Position numbers and translations under genes: made by a program. The notes beneath the pieces were generated by a model. That model saw nothing but the letters and a program-made list of their open reading frames with translations. It did no database searches and had not been told where the DNA came from. A stretch of DNA of 64,000 bases from an uncultured Nitrososphaerota archaeon (GTDB lineage: Archaea > Thermoproteota > Nitrososphaeria > Nitrososphaerales > Gagatemarchaeaceae), in NCBI GenBank assembly GCA_963838925.1, contig CAWISW010000002.1, positions 256,001-320,000 of the forward strand, written 5' to 3'. Shown piece after piece: positions 48,174 to 59,254 of the stretch; within the stretch, counting starts at the first letter, position 1, and each line of letters starts with the position of its first letter.

Positions 48174-50921
48174 ATGACGGGCGGCGAAAAATCATTCGAT
48201 TTTGCCGTTGACAGGCTCGAGACCTACAAGGGCAGGGCGGACTTCTACAACCTTCGGAAGGTCTCTGAGAGGGGGCACGACCTAAGCCGTCTCCCCTTCT
48301 CCATCAAGATCCTCCTCGAGAACGCCATACGCCACTCCAAGTCGGTGGGGGGCGCGACCGAGGCGGCAAATCGCCTTCTCGAGTGGCCGAGGACCATCGG
48401 CTCCGAGTTCCCGTTCGTGCCCTACAGGGTCCTGCTCCAAGATTACACCGGCGTCCCGCTGATCGTGGACCTGGCCGCGATGCGCGACGCGATGTCAAGG
48501 CGCGGAAAGGACCCGGGGAAGATCAACTCCATCGCGCCCATCGACCTTGTCATCGACCACTCCGTGCAGGTGGACAGGTGGGGGAGCAGCCTCGCGTTCG
48601 AATACAACATCGAGAAGGAGTACGAGCGGAACTCCGAGAGGTACGCCCTGCTCAAGTGGGCGCAAGACTCCTTCGCGAACATGAGGGTCTTCCCTCCGGG
48701 GAAGGGGATATGCCACCAGGTCAACCTGGAGTACCTCTCGACCGTCGTGGCGGTGGGGGAGAAGGACGGGAGGAGGTTCGTCTGCCCCGACACCGTGGTC
48801 GGGACGGACTCCCACACGCCGATGGTCAACGGCCTGGGGGTGTTGGGGTGGGGGGTCGGAGGCATGGAGGCGGAGGCCGCGATGCTAGGCGAGCCGTGCC
48901 ACATCCCGATCCCGAGGGTGGTGGGGGTGAAGCTCAAGGGCGAGCTGCAGGAGGGCGCGACGACAACCGACCTGGTGCTCGCGGTCACCGAGCTCCTTAG
49001 AAGGAAGAACGTCGTCGACGCTTTCGTAGAGTACTTCGGCGACGGGTATTGGCGGCTCTCGGTCCCCGACCGAGCCACCCTGGGGAACATGTCGCCGGAA
49101 TACGGTGCGACCGTAGGCCTTTCACCAGCGGACAGCGTTACCATGCGATACCTCTTCGACACCGGAAGGGACGAAGCACAAATCAAGATGGCGGAGGAGT
49201 ACCTTAAGCTCCAGGGGCTCTTCTTCACGCCGGAGTCGCCTGACCCGCGCTACTCGGAGGTCCTCGAGGTAGACATGTCGAAGATCGAGCCGTCTGTCGC
49301 GGGCCCTAGGAACCCAGAGGAGAGGCGCGCCTTGAGAGACGTCCCATCGCTGGCGAGGTCCCTTGCTGCGGACCAGGCGCGGGCTCGCAAGGGGGGCTCT
49401 CGGACACCTGAGAAAGGCTCCGCTGAGGGGGTCGCCTTGGAGCTCGGGCGCCAGCTCGCCCTGCAGGAGAGCGGGCCCGGTCAGAGTGCTGAGGGCCTCG
49501 CCGACGGCTCCGTCATAATAGCCGCGATAACCAGCTGCACCAACACCTCGAACCCGACCGTGATGATCGGGGCGGCCCTCCTTGCGCGAAACGCGGTCCG
49601 GAAAGGCCTCTCCCCGAAGCCGTTCGTGAAGTGCAGCCTCGCTCCAGGCTCCACCGTGGTCGAAGACTACCTCGAGGGGTCGGGCCTCCTGACCTATCTC
49701 GACCAGCTCGGGTTCTACCTCGTAGGATACGGCTGCACCACGTGCATCGGCAACAGCGGCCCGCTCTCTCCCGCTGTGGAGAGCGCGATAAACAGGGGGG
49801 ACCTTTACGTCGTCGCGGCGCTGAGCGGCAACAGGAACTTCGACGGGCGGATCAACCCGCTCGCCAAGGGGGCATTTCTGATGTCGCCGATGCTCGTCGT
49901 CGCGTACGCCCTCGTCGGCAACATCGACTTTGACTTCTTCAGCCAGCCGCTGGGCATAGGGAAGGACGACGGCAAGCCGGTCTTCCTGAAAGACCTCTGG
50001 CCGAGCCTGAAGGAGATCAAGGAGGTGGCGGAAAGGTCGCTGAGCCGAGACCTCTACAAGAGGCGATACGCGGACGCGCTGGTCGGGGACGAGAAGTGGG
50101 AGGGGCTTTCATCGAAGTCAAGCGCCACATTCCCGTGGGACGAGTCGTCCACGTACGTGAAGAACCCTCCGTGGTTCGCATCCTCGAGGCGAGCGCAGCC
50201 CGGGAAGGGCGCGCACGATGACATTGACGGGGCGAGGGTTCTGGCGGTCTTCGAGGACAAGATAACGACGGACCACATCTCGCCTGCGGGGATGATACCC
50301 GCCGACAGCCCGGCGGGCAAGTACCTCATGGAGCAGGGCGTCGACATCGTCCGCTTCAGCACTTACGGGAGCAGGCGCGGAAACCACGAAGTGATGGTAA
50401 GGGGGGGCTTCAGCAACCCGCGCCTCAAGAACCTGCTAGCGGACGGGAAGATCGGCGGCTTTACGAAACACTTCCCCAGCGGAGACCTTCTGACCGTATT
50501 CGACGCCTCGGCCAGGTATTTGGAGCAGAGAGTGCCCCTTCTCATCATCGCGGGAAAGCAGTACGGCGGGGGGAGCTCTCGAGACTGGGCGGCGAAGGCG
50601 CCGAAGCTCCTTGGCGTGAGGGTGGTCGTGGCCGAGAGCTTCGAACGGATTCACCGAAGCAACCTCGTCGCGATGGGAATCCTGCCCTTGGAGTTCGTTC
50701 CGGGTGAGGGGGCGAAGGCGCTCGGCCTGAAAGGTGACGAGGTCTACACCATCGCGGGAATGAGAGGGCTCAAGCCCGGCGCCATCCTCGAGGCGACTGC
50801 AAAGGCGGGGGCGAGGGAGGTGAAGTTCAAGCTCAGGGCGAGGATTGACAACGCAGCCGAGATGGGCTACTTCGAGAGCGGAGGAGTGCTCCCCTACGTC
50901 CTAGGCCGGCTCGCTGGCTAG
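48174..50921 (+). CDS. acnA: Aconitate hydratase A
   Basis: DHSVQVD, GTDSHT, AITSCTNTSNP, GCTTCIGNSG, GSSRDWAAK. Confidence 0.96.
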   Translation: MTGGEKSFDFAVDRLETYKGRADFYNLRKVSERGHDLSRLPFSIKILLENAIRHSKSVGGATEAANRLLEWPRTIGSEFPFVPYRVLLQDYTGVPLIVDLAAMRDAMSRRGKDPGKINSIAPIDLVIDHSVQVDRWGSSLAFEYNIEKEYERNSERYALLKWAQDSFANMRVFPPGKGICHQVNLEYLSTVVAVGEKDGRRFVCPDTVVGTDSHTPMVNGLGVLGWGVGGMEAEAAMLGEPCHIPIPRVVGVKLKGELQEGATTTDLVLAVTELLRRKNVVDAFVEYFGDGYWRLSVPDRATLGNMSPEYGATVGLSPADSVTMRYLFDTGRDEAQIKMAEEYLKLQGLFFTPESPDPRYSEVLEVDMSKIEPSVAGPRNPEERRALRDVPSLARSLAADQARARKGGSRTPEKGSAEGVALELGRQLALQESGPGQSAEGLADGSVIIAAITSCTNTSNPTVMIGAALLARNAVRKGLSPKPFVKCSLAPGSTVVEDYLEGSGLLTYLDQLGFYLVGYGCTTCIGNSGPLSPAVESAINRGDLYVVAALSGNRNFDGRINPLAKGAFLMSPMLVVAYALVGNIDFDFFSQPLGIGKDDGKPVFLKDLWPSLKEIKEVAERSLSRDLYKRRYADALVGDEKWEGLSSKSSATFPWDESSTYVKNPPWFASSRRAQPGKGAHDDIDGARVLAVFEDKITTDHISPAGMIPADSPAGKYLMEQGVDIVRFSTYGSRRGNHEVMVRGGFSNPRLKNLLADGKIGGFTKHFPSGDLLTVFDASARYLEQRVPLLIIAGKQYGGGSSRDWAAKAPKLLGVRVVVAESFERIHRSNLVAMGILPLEFVPGEGAKALGLKGDEVYTIAGMRGLKPGAILEATAKAGAREVKFKLRARIDNAAEMGYFESGGVLPYVLGRLAG

Positions 50922-50945
50922 GGCTCGGGTCCTTCCAGCTTTTCT

Positions 50946-51161
50946 CTATCTCTGTTTGGTGCCGTTGATGACCCAGAGCACGCCGAAAGCCGCCAAGCCC
51001 AGCATCCCGATGATTCCCAAGGCTTCGATCACCCCGATGGAACCCACGATGGTCCCGGAAGGGGTAGCAAGCGTCTGGATCGCGGTCATGCTTAGAGCCG
51101 CCACTAGGAAGACGAGCGCGACTCCTCCAGCCGCCACCATCCCTTTCTCTGTCGAGTTCAT
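50946..51161 (-). CDS. Small 2-TM membrane protein
   Basis: 71-aa hydrophobic ORF. Confidence 0.6.
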   Translation of the reverse strand: MNSTEKGMVAAGGVALVFLVAALSMTAIQTLATPSGTIVGSIGVIEALGIIGMLGLAAFGVLWVINGTKQR

Positions 51162-51416
51162 GCTTTCACGGCGCGACTCTGAGGTGCCACCGGGTGGGGG
51201 ATAAAAATCTCACACTTGCACGGATGGCTCAAGCGCTCTCTCCGCGACAGTTCCGGGACCCCCCCGTCGACGGGTCCAAACGCCCAACGGGCCCCCTCAG
51301 ACCCCTCGAAAAATCTTAAATAACTCCGGCAAGCACGCTTTTTTTGGGTCCTTTAGAGTGTATTCTAGACCTATCTTAGGGTCAAATATGGATATGGTTG
51401 GAGGCGCAGCCTTCTA

Positions 51417-51701
51417 ATGCCGACGAAGGCCAAGACGACTAGGGCAAAGAAGAAGGAAGAGGAACTTCCTTTCAAGATAACCGACCACCTGCTCGTGCCG
51501 AAGCACGAGCTCATGCCGCCAGAGGAGGCAGCGGCCATTCTCAAAAAGTACAACGCCTCTCCGCACGAGTTCCCGTTCGTCCTCTCGACCGACCCGGCAG
51601 CAAAGTCGATCGGCGCGAAGGCCGGCGACTTCCTGAAGGTCACGAGGGCGAGCGAGACCGCGGGGACGACGATCTACTACAGGTACGTGGTGGAGGCTTA
51701 G
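51417..51701 (+). CDS. rpoH: RNA polymerase subunit Rpo5 (H)
   Basis: HLLVPKHE, DPAA, SETAG..YYRYV. Confidence 0.96.
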   Translation: MPTKAKTTRAKKKEEELPFKITDHLLVPKHELMPPEEAAAILKKYNASPHEFPFVLSTDPAAKSIGAKAGDFLKVTRASETAGTTIYYRYVVEA

Positions 51702-51704
51702 AAT

Positions 51705-54700
51705 TTGGCGACTACAACAAGGCAGCTTGACTCATGGGCAGTTCTGCGCGACATCCTCCAAAAGGAGGGAGTAGCAAGGCAGCACCTCAACAGCTACAAC
51801 GAGTTCATAGCGAAGGGGCTCCAGTCGATCATCGACGAGATAGGTGAGACCGAGATCGAGACGGTCAGCACGCCCTACAAGGTGAAGTTCGGGAGGGTGG
51901 AGCTCGGAAGGCCGAGGATCGTCGAGATCGACGGCTCCGTCAGCAACATCTTCCCGATGGAGGCGCGCCTGAGGAACCTCTCGTACTCATCGCCCATCTA
52001 CCTCGATATGACTATCGAGGAGGAAGGGATGTCCCGCGAGGCCACCCGCCAGCACGTAGGCGACCTGCCGGTCATGGTCAAGTCCGACCTGTGCCAGCTC
52101 TCAAAGATGACGAAGGAACAGCTGGTGATGTCCGGAGAAGACCCGAACGACCCAGGAGGGTACTTCATCATCAACGGCTCAGAGAGGGTGATCGTCGGGC
52201 TGGAGGACCTCTCCCCCAACAAGATCCTCGTCGACCTCGAGAAGGTCGGCGCGGTAGCCACCTACAAGGCCAGGGTCTACTCTTCTGTGGTGGGCTACAG
52301 GTCTAAGCTAGAGGCGACCCTCAAGCAGGACGGCTCCATCAACGTGAAGGTGCCAAGCTGCCCGATCGACATCCCGTTCGTGATAGTCATGCGCGCGCTC
52401 GGCTTCAAGTCCGACAAGGACATCGCCAACGCGGTCTCACCCAAGCCTGAGATACAGGACCTCCTCGAGGTCTCCTTCGACAAGGCCAACGAGGCCCCCA
52501 CCGAGAAGGACGCGCTCGTCTACATCGGGAACAGGGTCGCCCACGGCATGCTCGAAGAGTACAGGATCAAGCGCGCCCTTTCCATGCTGGACTGGGGGTT
52601 CCTCCCGCACCTCGGCAAGTCCGACGACAAGAGGTACGACAAGGCCATGTTCCTCGGCGAGGCGGTCTGCAAGCTGCTAGAGCTGAGGCTGGGCTGGATA
52701 GAGGCAGACGACAAGGACCACTACGGCAACAAGGTAATCAAGTTCGCTGGGCAGATGCTCGCGGACCTCTTCCGCACCTCCTTCAGGAACCTCGTGCGCG
52801 ACATGAAGTACCAGCTCGAAAGGGCCGGCCAGAAGAGGGGCGGGAACGTGGTCGGGGCCGCCATCAGGACCGGCATCATCACGGACAAGCTGAACAACGC
52901 CATCGCGACGGGCAACTGGGGACGAGGGAAGGTCGGAGTGACGCAGCTCCTCGACCGGACCAACTACCTGAGCACCCTCTCGCACCTCAGAAGGATCCAG
53001 TCTCCGCTCAGCAGGTCGCAGCCCAACTTCGAGGCCAGAGACCTCCACGCGACGCACTTCGGACGGGTCTGCCCGTCCGAGACGCCTGAGGGCGTGAACT
53101 GCGGTCTAGTCAAGAACCTGGCGCTCTCCGCCACCATCTCGGTCAGCGTCCCGCCGGCAGAGGTGGAGGAGCGATTGTGGGAGCTCGGGGCCAAGTCAAT
53201 CCGGGACATCCCGGAGAAGCTCGCGCTCGACGGCTGCAAGATATTCATGGACGGGAGGTTCATCGGCTACGTAGACGACGGGGAGAGGCTCGCCAAGGCC
53301 TTCAGGAAGCTCCGAAGAGAGGGCCAGATCCACCCCAGCGCCAGCGTGATGTACTACGAGGCCACCAACAAGAAGGGCTACTCCCGCCTCTACATCAGCC
53401 TCAGCGCAGGAAGGGTCATCCGCCCGCTCATCGTCGTCGAGAACGCAAGGCCACTCCTGACGCAGGAGATGGTCGGCAAGATCGCTGCGAACGAGCTGAC
53501 GTGGAGAGACGTCGTCGAGAGGGGCATCATCGAGATGCTCGACGCGAACGAGGAGGAGAACTGCCTCGTGGCGATGTCACCGGAGGAGGCCACCACAAAG
53601 CACACGCACCTCGAGCTCTACCCGGGAGCCATGTTCGGCATCGCGGCATCGATCATCCCGTACCCAGAGCACAACCAGTCGCCCAGGAACACCTACGAGT
53701 CGGCAATGGCGAAGCAGAGCCTGGGGTTCTCGACTCCGACCTTCCCGCTCTCGACCTTCGTGAGGCAGCACCTACTGGTGAACCCGCAGTCCCCGATGGT
53801 CCGCACGAAGAGCACCGAGCTGCTCAACATCGACGAGAGGCCGTTCGGCACCAACGCGGTGGTCGCAGTCCTATCGTTCGAGGGCTACAACATAGAGGAC
53901 GCCATCGTCATGAACAAGTCCAGCATCGAGCGCGGATTCGCACGCTCCTTCTTCTACAGGCTCTATGAGGCGGAGTCCAAGCAATACCTGGGCGGGATGA
54001 GGGACACCTTCGAGGTCCCCTCGGCAGAGTCCAACATCAGGGGCTACAGGGGCGAGAAGTTCTACCGCCTCCTCGAAGCCGACGGCGTCGTGATGCACGA
54101 GGCCACAGTCACCGGCGGCGACGCCGTGATCGGAAGGACGAGCCCACCGCGCTTCATGGAGGAGTACAAGGAGTTCGAGATCAAGGGGCCCTACAGGCGA
54201 GACACTTCCGTCGCCGTGAGGCCGACCGAGACCGGGACCGTCGACTCTGTGTTCATGACCGAGAACGTAGAGGGCGGGAAGATGTTCAAGGTCAGGGTCC
54301 GCGACATGAGGACTCCTGAGATCGGCGACAAGTTCGCGTCACGCCACGGGCAGAAGGGAGTGTGCGGGCTGGTCGTCCCACAGGAGGACATGCCTTATAC
54401 TGCGGACGGGGTAGTGCCCGACGTCATCATCAACCCACACGCGTTCCCTTCGAGAATGACCGTAGGCCAGTTCATCGAGTCCATCTCCGGCAAGGCAGCG
54501 TCGCTGAGGGGCTTCTCGGCGGACGGCACCGCCTTCGCGGGAGAGACCCCGGAGGAGATGAGCAAGATCCTCGTCGAGAGAGGGTTCGAGTCCACGGGGA
54601 GGGAGATCATGTACGACGGAAAGACCGGCAGGAAGTTCGCCGTCGACATCTTCATCGGCGTCGTCTACTACCAGAAGCTGCACCACATGGTGGCCGACAA

Positions 54701-55061
54701 GATCCACGCAAGAGCGAGGGGACAGGTCCAGATGCTTACCAAGCAGCCCACCGAGGGCAGGGCTCGCGGAGGCGGTCTGAGGTTCGGCGAGATGGAGAGG
54801 GACTGCCTGATCGCGTACGGAGCGTCGATGGTCCTCAAGGACAGGCTCCTCGACGAGGCCGACAAGACCGAGATCAACATCTGCGAAAAGTGCGGCCTCA
54901 TCGCATACTACGACGCGAAGCAGCGCAAGTACGCCTGCAAGATCGACGGTGACCAGGCCAAGATATCGACCGTGGTCGTGGCGTACGCGTTCAAGCTCCT
55001 GCTCCAGGAGATGATGAGCCTGAACATCGCGCCCCGCCTGAGGCTGAAGGACGCGGTGTAG
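51705..55061 (+). CDS. rpoB: RNA polymerase subunit Rpo2 (B), unsplit
   Basis: GGYFIINGSER, ETPEG, GDKFASRHGQKG, GGLRFGEMERD. Confidence 0.98.
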   Translation: MATTTRQLDSWAVLRDILQKEGVARQHLNSYNEFIAKGLQSIIDEIGETEIETVSTPYKVKFGRVELGRPRIVEIDGSVSNIFPMEARLRNLSYSSPIYLDMTIEEEGMSREATRQHVGDLPVMVKSDLCQLSKMTKEQLVMSGEDPNDPGGYFIINGSERVIVGLEDLSPNKILVDLEKVGAVATYKARVYSSVVGYRSKLEATLKQDGSINVKVPSCPIDIPFVIVMRALGFKSDKDIANAVSPKPEIQDLLEVSFDKANEAPTEKDALVYIGNRVAHGMLEEYRIKRALSMLDWGFLPHLGKSDDKRYDKAMFLGEAVCKLLELRLGWIEADDKDHYGNKVIKFAGQMLADLFRTSFRNLVRDMKYQLERAGQKRGGNVVGAAIRTGIITDKLNNAIATGNWGRGKVGVTQLLDRTNYLSTLSHLRRIQSPLSRSQPNFEARDLHATHFGRVCPSETPEGVNCGLVKNLALSATISVSVPPAEVEERLWELGAKSIRDIPEKLALDGCKIFMDGRFIGYVDDGERLAKAFRKLRREGQIHPSASVMYYEATNKKGYSRLYISLSAGRVIRPLIVVENARPLLTQEMVGKIAANELTWRDVVERGIIEMLDANEEENCLVAMSPEEATTKHTHLELYPGAMFGIAASIIPYPEHNQSPRNTYESAMAKQSLGFSTPTFPLSTFVRQHLLVNPQSPMVRTKSTELLNIDERPFGTNAVVAVLSFEGYNIEDAIVMNKSSIERGFARSFFYRLYEAESKQYLGGMRDTFEVPSAESNIRGYRGEKFYRLLEADGVVMHEATVTGGDAVIGRTSPPRFMEEYKEFEIKGPYRRDTSVAVRPTETGTVDSVFMTENVEGGKMFKVRVRDMRTPEIGDKFASRHGQKGVCGLVVPQEDMPYTADGVVPDVIINPHAFPSRMTVGQFIESISGKAASLRGFSADGTAFAGETPEEMSKILVERGFESTGREIMYDGKTGRKFAVDIFIGVVYYQKLHHMVADKIHARARGQVQMLTKQPTEGRARGGGLRFGEMERDCLIAYGASMVLKDRLLDEADKTEINICEKCGLIAYYDAKQRKYACKIDGDQAKISTVVVAYAFKLLLQEMMSLNIAPRLRLKDAV

Positions 55062-55083
55062 AGCGGGTTTTTGGTGAAATAAG

Positions 55084-58000
55084 ATGGCCATGCAAGAAGC
55101 TCTAAGAACGATTCGCGCAATCGACTTCGCCCTGCTCTCGCCGACCGAGATACGCAAGTACTCAGTCGCGGAGATCACGCAACCCGAGACCTACGACGAG
55201 GACGGCATGCCGGTACAGGGCGGCCTCATGGACTCTAGGCTCGGTACCCTCGAGCCCGGACAAAAGTGCGGGACTTGCGGGAACACCGCCTCGAGGTGCC
55301 CCGGTCACTTCGGGCACATCGAGCTCGCAGAGTCGGTCCTCCACATGGCGTTCGTTGGGGACATCAACAAGATGATCCAGGCCACCTGCAGGACCTGCGG
55401 CAGGATCCTCCTCGCCCAGCAGGAGCTAGACGCTTACAGGGTGCGCCTCCAGAACATCACCGAGTTCACCCCCACCATGAAGGAGGAGATAGCGAAGGAG
55501 ATCCTCACAAAGGCGAAGAAGGTCAAGCTGTGTCCGCACTGCGGGAAGCAGCAGTACCAGATCGAGCTAACAAAGCCGACCATCTTCCACGAGATCACCG
55601 AGGAAGGCGGAGCCACGAGGCTCCTACCGGGCGCGATAAGGGAGCGCCTCGAGAGGATAACGAACGAGGACATCGAGCTGCTGGGCTACAACCCCAGGGT
55701 GGCGCGGCCAGAGTGGTTCGTGCTGCAAGTGCTCCCAGTCCCTCCGCTCACCGTCAGGCCATCAATCACGCTAGAATCCGGCATCAGGTCAGAGGACGAC
55801 CTCACGCACAAGATAGTGGACATCCTCCGTGTCAACCAGAGGGTCAGGGAGGCGAAGGAGTCGGGGACGCCGCACCTCATCGTCCAAGACCTGGTCGACC
55901 TTCTCCACTACCACGTCACCACCTACTTCGACAACGAGGTATCTGGCATCCCGCAGGCTCACCACCGCTCAGGAAGGCCACTGAAGACCCTCAGCCAGAG
56001 GCTGAAGGGGAAGGAGGGCAGGTTCAGGGGCTCGCTCTCGGGCAAGAGGGTCGACTTCTCGAGCAGGACGGTCATCAGCCCCGACCCCAGCCTGGACATC
56101 GCCGAGGTGGGGATACCATTCGAGGTAGCGAAGAAGCTCACCATCCCAGAGAAGGTCTCGGGCTGGAACATGGAGTCGCTCAAGAAGCTGGTCGTCACGG
56201 GGCCGTTCGATCACCCTGGCGCCAACTACGTGATCCGCCCCGACGGCGTCAAGATCAGGCTTGACTTTGCAAGCGACAGGAAGGCGCTCGCCGACTCCCT
56301 CGCCGCGGGATACATCGTCGAGAGGCACCTGATGGACGGAGACATCGTCCTCTTCAACAGGCAGCCGTCGCTCCACAGGATGTCGGTCATGGCGCACACG
56401 GTGCGCGTACTCCCATACAGGACCTTCAGGCTCCACCCGTCCGTCTGTCCTCCCTACAACGCGGACTTCGACGGCGACGAGATGAACCTCCACGTCCCCC
56501 AGAGCGAGGAGTCACGATCTGAGGCCCTCATGCTCATGCGGGTCCAGGACCAGATCCTCTCGCCAAGGTACGGCGGTCCGATCATCGGCGCGATCAGGGA
56601 CTTCCTCACGGGGGCGTACCTCCTCACCAGAGAGGAGACGATGCTCACACCGGACCAGTTCTCCAACCTCGCGCTCCAGGGAGGATTCACAGGCGACCTC
56701 CCCGAGCCGAAGACCAAGGGCGCCAACCCGCTCTACACGGGCAAGCAGCTCTTCTCGCTCTTCCTCCCCAAGGACATGAACCTCGTCCTCACGTCGAAGT
56801 GGGGCAAGGCCAAGACCGGGCAGGGGAACGACGTCGTCATCAAGGACGGGGAGCTCATATCGGGAGTCATCGACAAGGCCGCCATCGGGGCAGAGGAGCC
56901 AGACAGCCTTCTCCACCGGGTCCTGAAGGACTATGGGAACGACGAGGCGAGGCGCTTCCTCAACTCCATCCTCTCCGTCCTCAAGGAGTACATCACTAGG
57001 CGCGGCTTCAGCTACGGGTACGACGAGCTCAAGCTATCTGAGGACGCGATGGGGAAGATCGCAGAGACCCTCAAGGAGGCCTACGACAACTGCACCGACC
57101 TCATCAAGAAGTACAAGAATGGAACTCTTCCGCTGACCAGAGGCCTCTCGCCGGAGGGCTCGCTCGAGTTCTACGTCGTGAACGAGCTGTCAAAGGCCAG
57201 AGACCGGGCGGGCAGGATAGCAGACCGGTCGTTCTCAACCGAGAACTCAGGGGTCATCATGGCACGCACAGGGGCGAGGGGCTCGAGCCTCAACCTCGGG
57301 CAGATGACCGCGGCCCTAGGACAGCAGTCAGTCAGAGGGAAGAGGATCGAGAAGGGCCTCCGCGGGAGGTCGCTCAGCCACTTCCCCGTCGGCGACCTGG
57401 CGCCAGAGGCGAAGGGCTTCGTCAAGAGGAACTACCGCGACGGGCTGACCCCGACCGAATTCTTCTTTCACGCGATGGGAGGCAGAGAGGGGCTCGTCGA
57501 CACGGCCGTCAGGACGCAGCAGAGCGGCTACATGCAGAGGAGGCTCGTCAACGCGATGGAGCACCTCCGCGTCGAATACGACTTTACAGTTCGGGACCCG
57601 ACCGGCAACGTCATCCAGTTCCTCTACGGAGAGGACGGCATCGACCCCGCCAAGTCCGACCACGGCAGGCCCGTCAACCTCGACAGGGTCATCGGCTCTG
57701 CCGAGCTGACCGACCACTCGCGCGCCAAGTTCGGCGAGAAGGAGGCTGTAGCGATCCTCGCAAAGTACGAGAGCAAGCTCAACGGCCGCCTCTTCAAGGA
57801 GCTGGGCCAGAGGCTCGCCGACTCCAACCTCACCGAGGACGGCGTGAAGAACGTCATCGACAGGGTCATGGAGTCGATAGAATACGCGACCGTGGAGCCT
57901 GGAGAGGCCTCTGGCATAGTGGCCGCCCAATCCATCGGGGAGCCGGGCACTCAGATGACTCTCAGGACCTTCCACTTCGCAGGCGTGAAGGAGCGCGACG

Positions 58001-58866
58001 TGACACTGGGCCTCCCGAGGCTCATGGAGCTCGTCGACGCGCGCAAGATACCGGCGAAGCCTTCGATGGACGTGTACCTCGACGAGGGATACAAGAACTC
58101 GAAGGAGAAGGCCGTCAAGGTCGCCAACGACATCCTCTTCACGAGGATCGGGAACGTCGTCGACTACAGCGAGGTGGACCCGACCGAGGGCATCAAGCTG
58201 CACCTGAACGAGGCGATGCTCGCGGAGAGGGACGTGAAGGCGGAGGACGTCGCCGAGGCCATGGAGACGGGCAAGAGGAACGCCCAACTTGAGCGCGGAG
58301 GGAAGGTCATCAGGGTCAACGTCGAGAACGCCGACCTGTCGACGCTCTTCACGCTGAGGAACAAGCTGATGAACATGAAGCTGAAGGGCATCCCCGGCAT
58401 CACCAGAGTCACGGTCGTCCAGGAGAACGACGAGTGGGTCATCCAGACCGCCGGCTCGAACCTGGCGAAGGTGATCGCCGTGCCGGGCGTGGACACCAAG
58501 AGGATCACCACCAACAACATCCACGAGGTCGCGCAGGTCCTCGGCATCGAGGCGGCTCGCGCCACCCTCATCAGGGAGGTCATGGGCACCCTCGACGAGC
58601 AGGGCCTCGAGGTCGACGTCAGGCACATCTTCCTGGTCGCCGACCTTATGACGTCGAAGGGCTACCTCCAGCAGATAGGCAGGCACGGCATCGCCGGCAC
58701 CAAGACCTCCGTCCTGGCAAGGGCGGCCTTCGAGATCACGGTCCCGACGCTAGCCGAGGCGGCCATCTACGGCGAGACGGAGGAGCTAAAAGGGGTCACG
58801 GAGAACGTCATCGTCGGTCTGCCGATACCCGTAGGCACGGGCATCGTCGACCTCTACATGGGCTAG
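55084..58866 (+). CDS. RNA polymerase subunit Rpo1, fused A'/A''
   Basis: CPGHFGH, YNADFDGDEMN, then AQSIGEPGTQMTLRTFH and RAAFE in the same ORF. Confidence 0.97.
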   Translation: MAMQEALRTIRAIDFALLSPTEIRKYSVAEITQPETYDEDGMPVQGGLMDSRLGTLEPGQKCGTCGNTASRCPGHFGHIELAESVLHMAFVGDINKMIQATCRTCGRILLAQQELDAYRVRLQNITEFTPTMKEEIAKEILTKAKKVKLCPHCGKQQYQIELTKPTIFHEITEEGGATRLLPGAIRERLERITNEDIELLGYNPRVARPEWFVLQVLPVPPLTVRPSITLESGIRSEDDLTHKIVDILRVNQRVREAKESGTPHLIVQDLVDLLHYHVTTYFDNEVSGIPQAHHRSGRPLKTLSQRLKGKEGRFRGSLSGKRVDFSSRTVISPDPSLDIAEVGIPFEVAKKLTIPEKVSGWNMESLKKLVVTGPFDHPGANYVIRPDGVKIRLDFASDRKALADSLAAGYIVERHLMDGDIVLFNRQPSLHRMSVMAHTVRVLPYRTFRLHPSVCPPYNADFDGDEMNLHVPQSEESRSEALMLMRVQDQILSPRYGGPIIGAIRDFLTGAYLLTREETMLTPDQFSNLALQGGFTGDLPEPKTKGANPLYTGKQLFSLFLPKDMNLVLTSKWGKAKTGQGNDVVIKDGELISGVIDKAAIGAEEPDSLLHRVLKDYGNDEARRFLNSILSVLKEYITRRGFSYGYDELKLSEDAMGKIAETLKEAYDNCTDLIKKYKNGTLPLTRGLSPEGSLEFYVVNELSKARDRAGRIADRSFSTENSGVIMARTGARGSSLNLGQMTAALGQQSVRGKRIEKGLRGRSLSHFPVGDLAPEAKGFVKRNYRDGLTPTEFFFHAMGGREGLVDTAVRTQQSGYMQRRLVNAMEHLRVEYDFTVRDPTGNVIQFLYGEDGIDPAKSDHGRPVNLDRVIGSAELTDHSRAKFGEKEAVAILAKYESKLNGRLFKELGQRLADSNLTEDGVKNVIDRVMESIEYATVEPGEASGIVAAQSIGEPGTQMTLRTFHFAGVKERDVTLGLPRLMELVDARKIPAKPSMDVYLDEGYKNSKEKAVKVANDILFTRIGNVVDYSEVDPTEGIKLHLNEAMLAERDVKAEDVAEAMETGKRNAQLERGGKVIRVNVENADLSTLFTLRNKLMNMKLKGIPGITRVTVVQENDEWVIQTAGSNLAKVIAVPGVDTKRITTNNIHEVAQVLGIEAARATLIREVMGTLDEQGLEVDVRHIFLVADLMTSKGYLQQIGRHGIAGTKTSVLARAAFEITVPTLAEAAIYGETEELKGVTENVIVGLPIPVGTGIVDLYMG

Positions 58867-58885
58867 AAAATCGAGTTGGTTTGAG

Positions 58886-59254
58886 ATGGTCACAAAAGCT
58901 AAAGCGACTGCAGCAGCGACCGACCAGCAGGTCCTAGCCCGGGTCATCAAGGAGGCCCTGAAGACGGGCAAGTTCACCATCGGCACGAAAGAGGTGATAT
59001 CAGAGCTCAAGAGCTCGAAGATGGTCATCGCGGCAAGCACAATCTCCGCACTGGGCACCCCAGAGGGCGGCCTCCTCAAGGAAGCCGAGAAGAGCAAGGT
59101 CCCCGTCGTCAAGATCGACAAGTCGTCCGCGCAGCTAGGCAGGCTGATGGGCAAGCCCTTCAGGGTCTCCGCGATATCGCTGCGCGTGGTGGCGGAGGGA
59201 GACTTTAGGCAGCTTGTGGGCACGCCCTCGCAACCCGCAAAGGCAGCAGAGTGA
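58886..59254 (+). CDS. rpl30e: Ribosomal protein L30e
   Basis: KTGK..IG, LGRLMGKPFRVSAISL; position in the rpo operon. Confidence 0.88.
   Translation: MVTKAKATAAATDQQVLARVIKEALKTGKFTIGTKEVISELKSSKMVIAASTISALGTPEGGLLKEAEKSKVPVVKIDKSSAQLGRLMGKPFRVSAISLRVVAEGDFRQLVGTPSQPAKAAE

Noticed and set aside
51256-51277. GGACCC..GGGTCC hairpin / CCCGTCGACGGG palindrome upstream of rpoH
   Set aside because: Short and GC-rich, upstream of the TATA-like box; no supporting context
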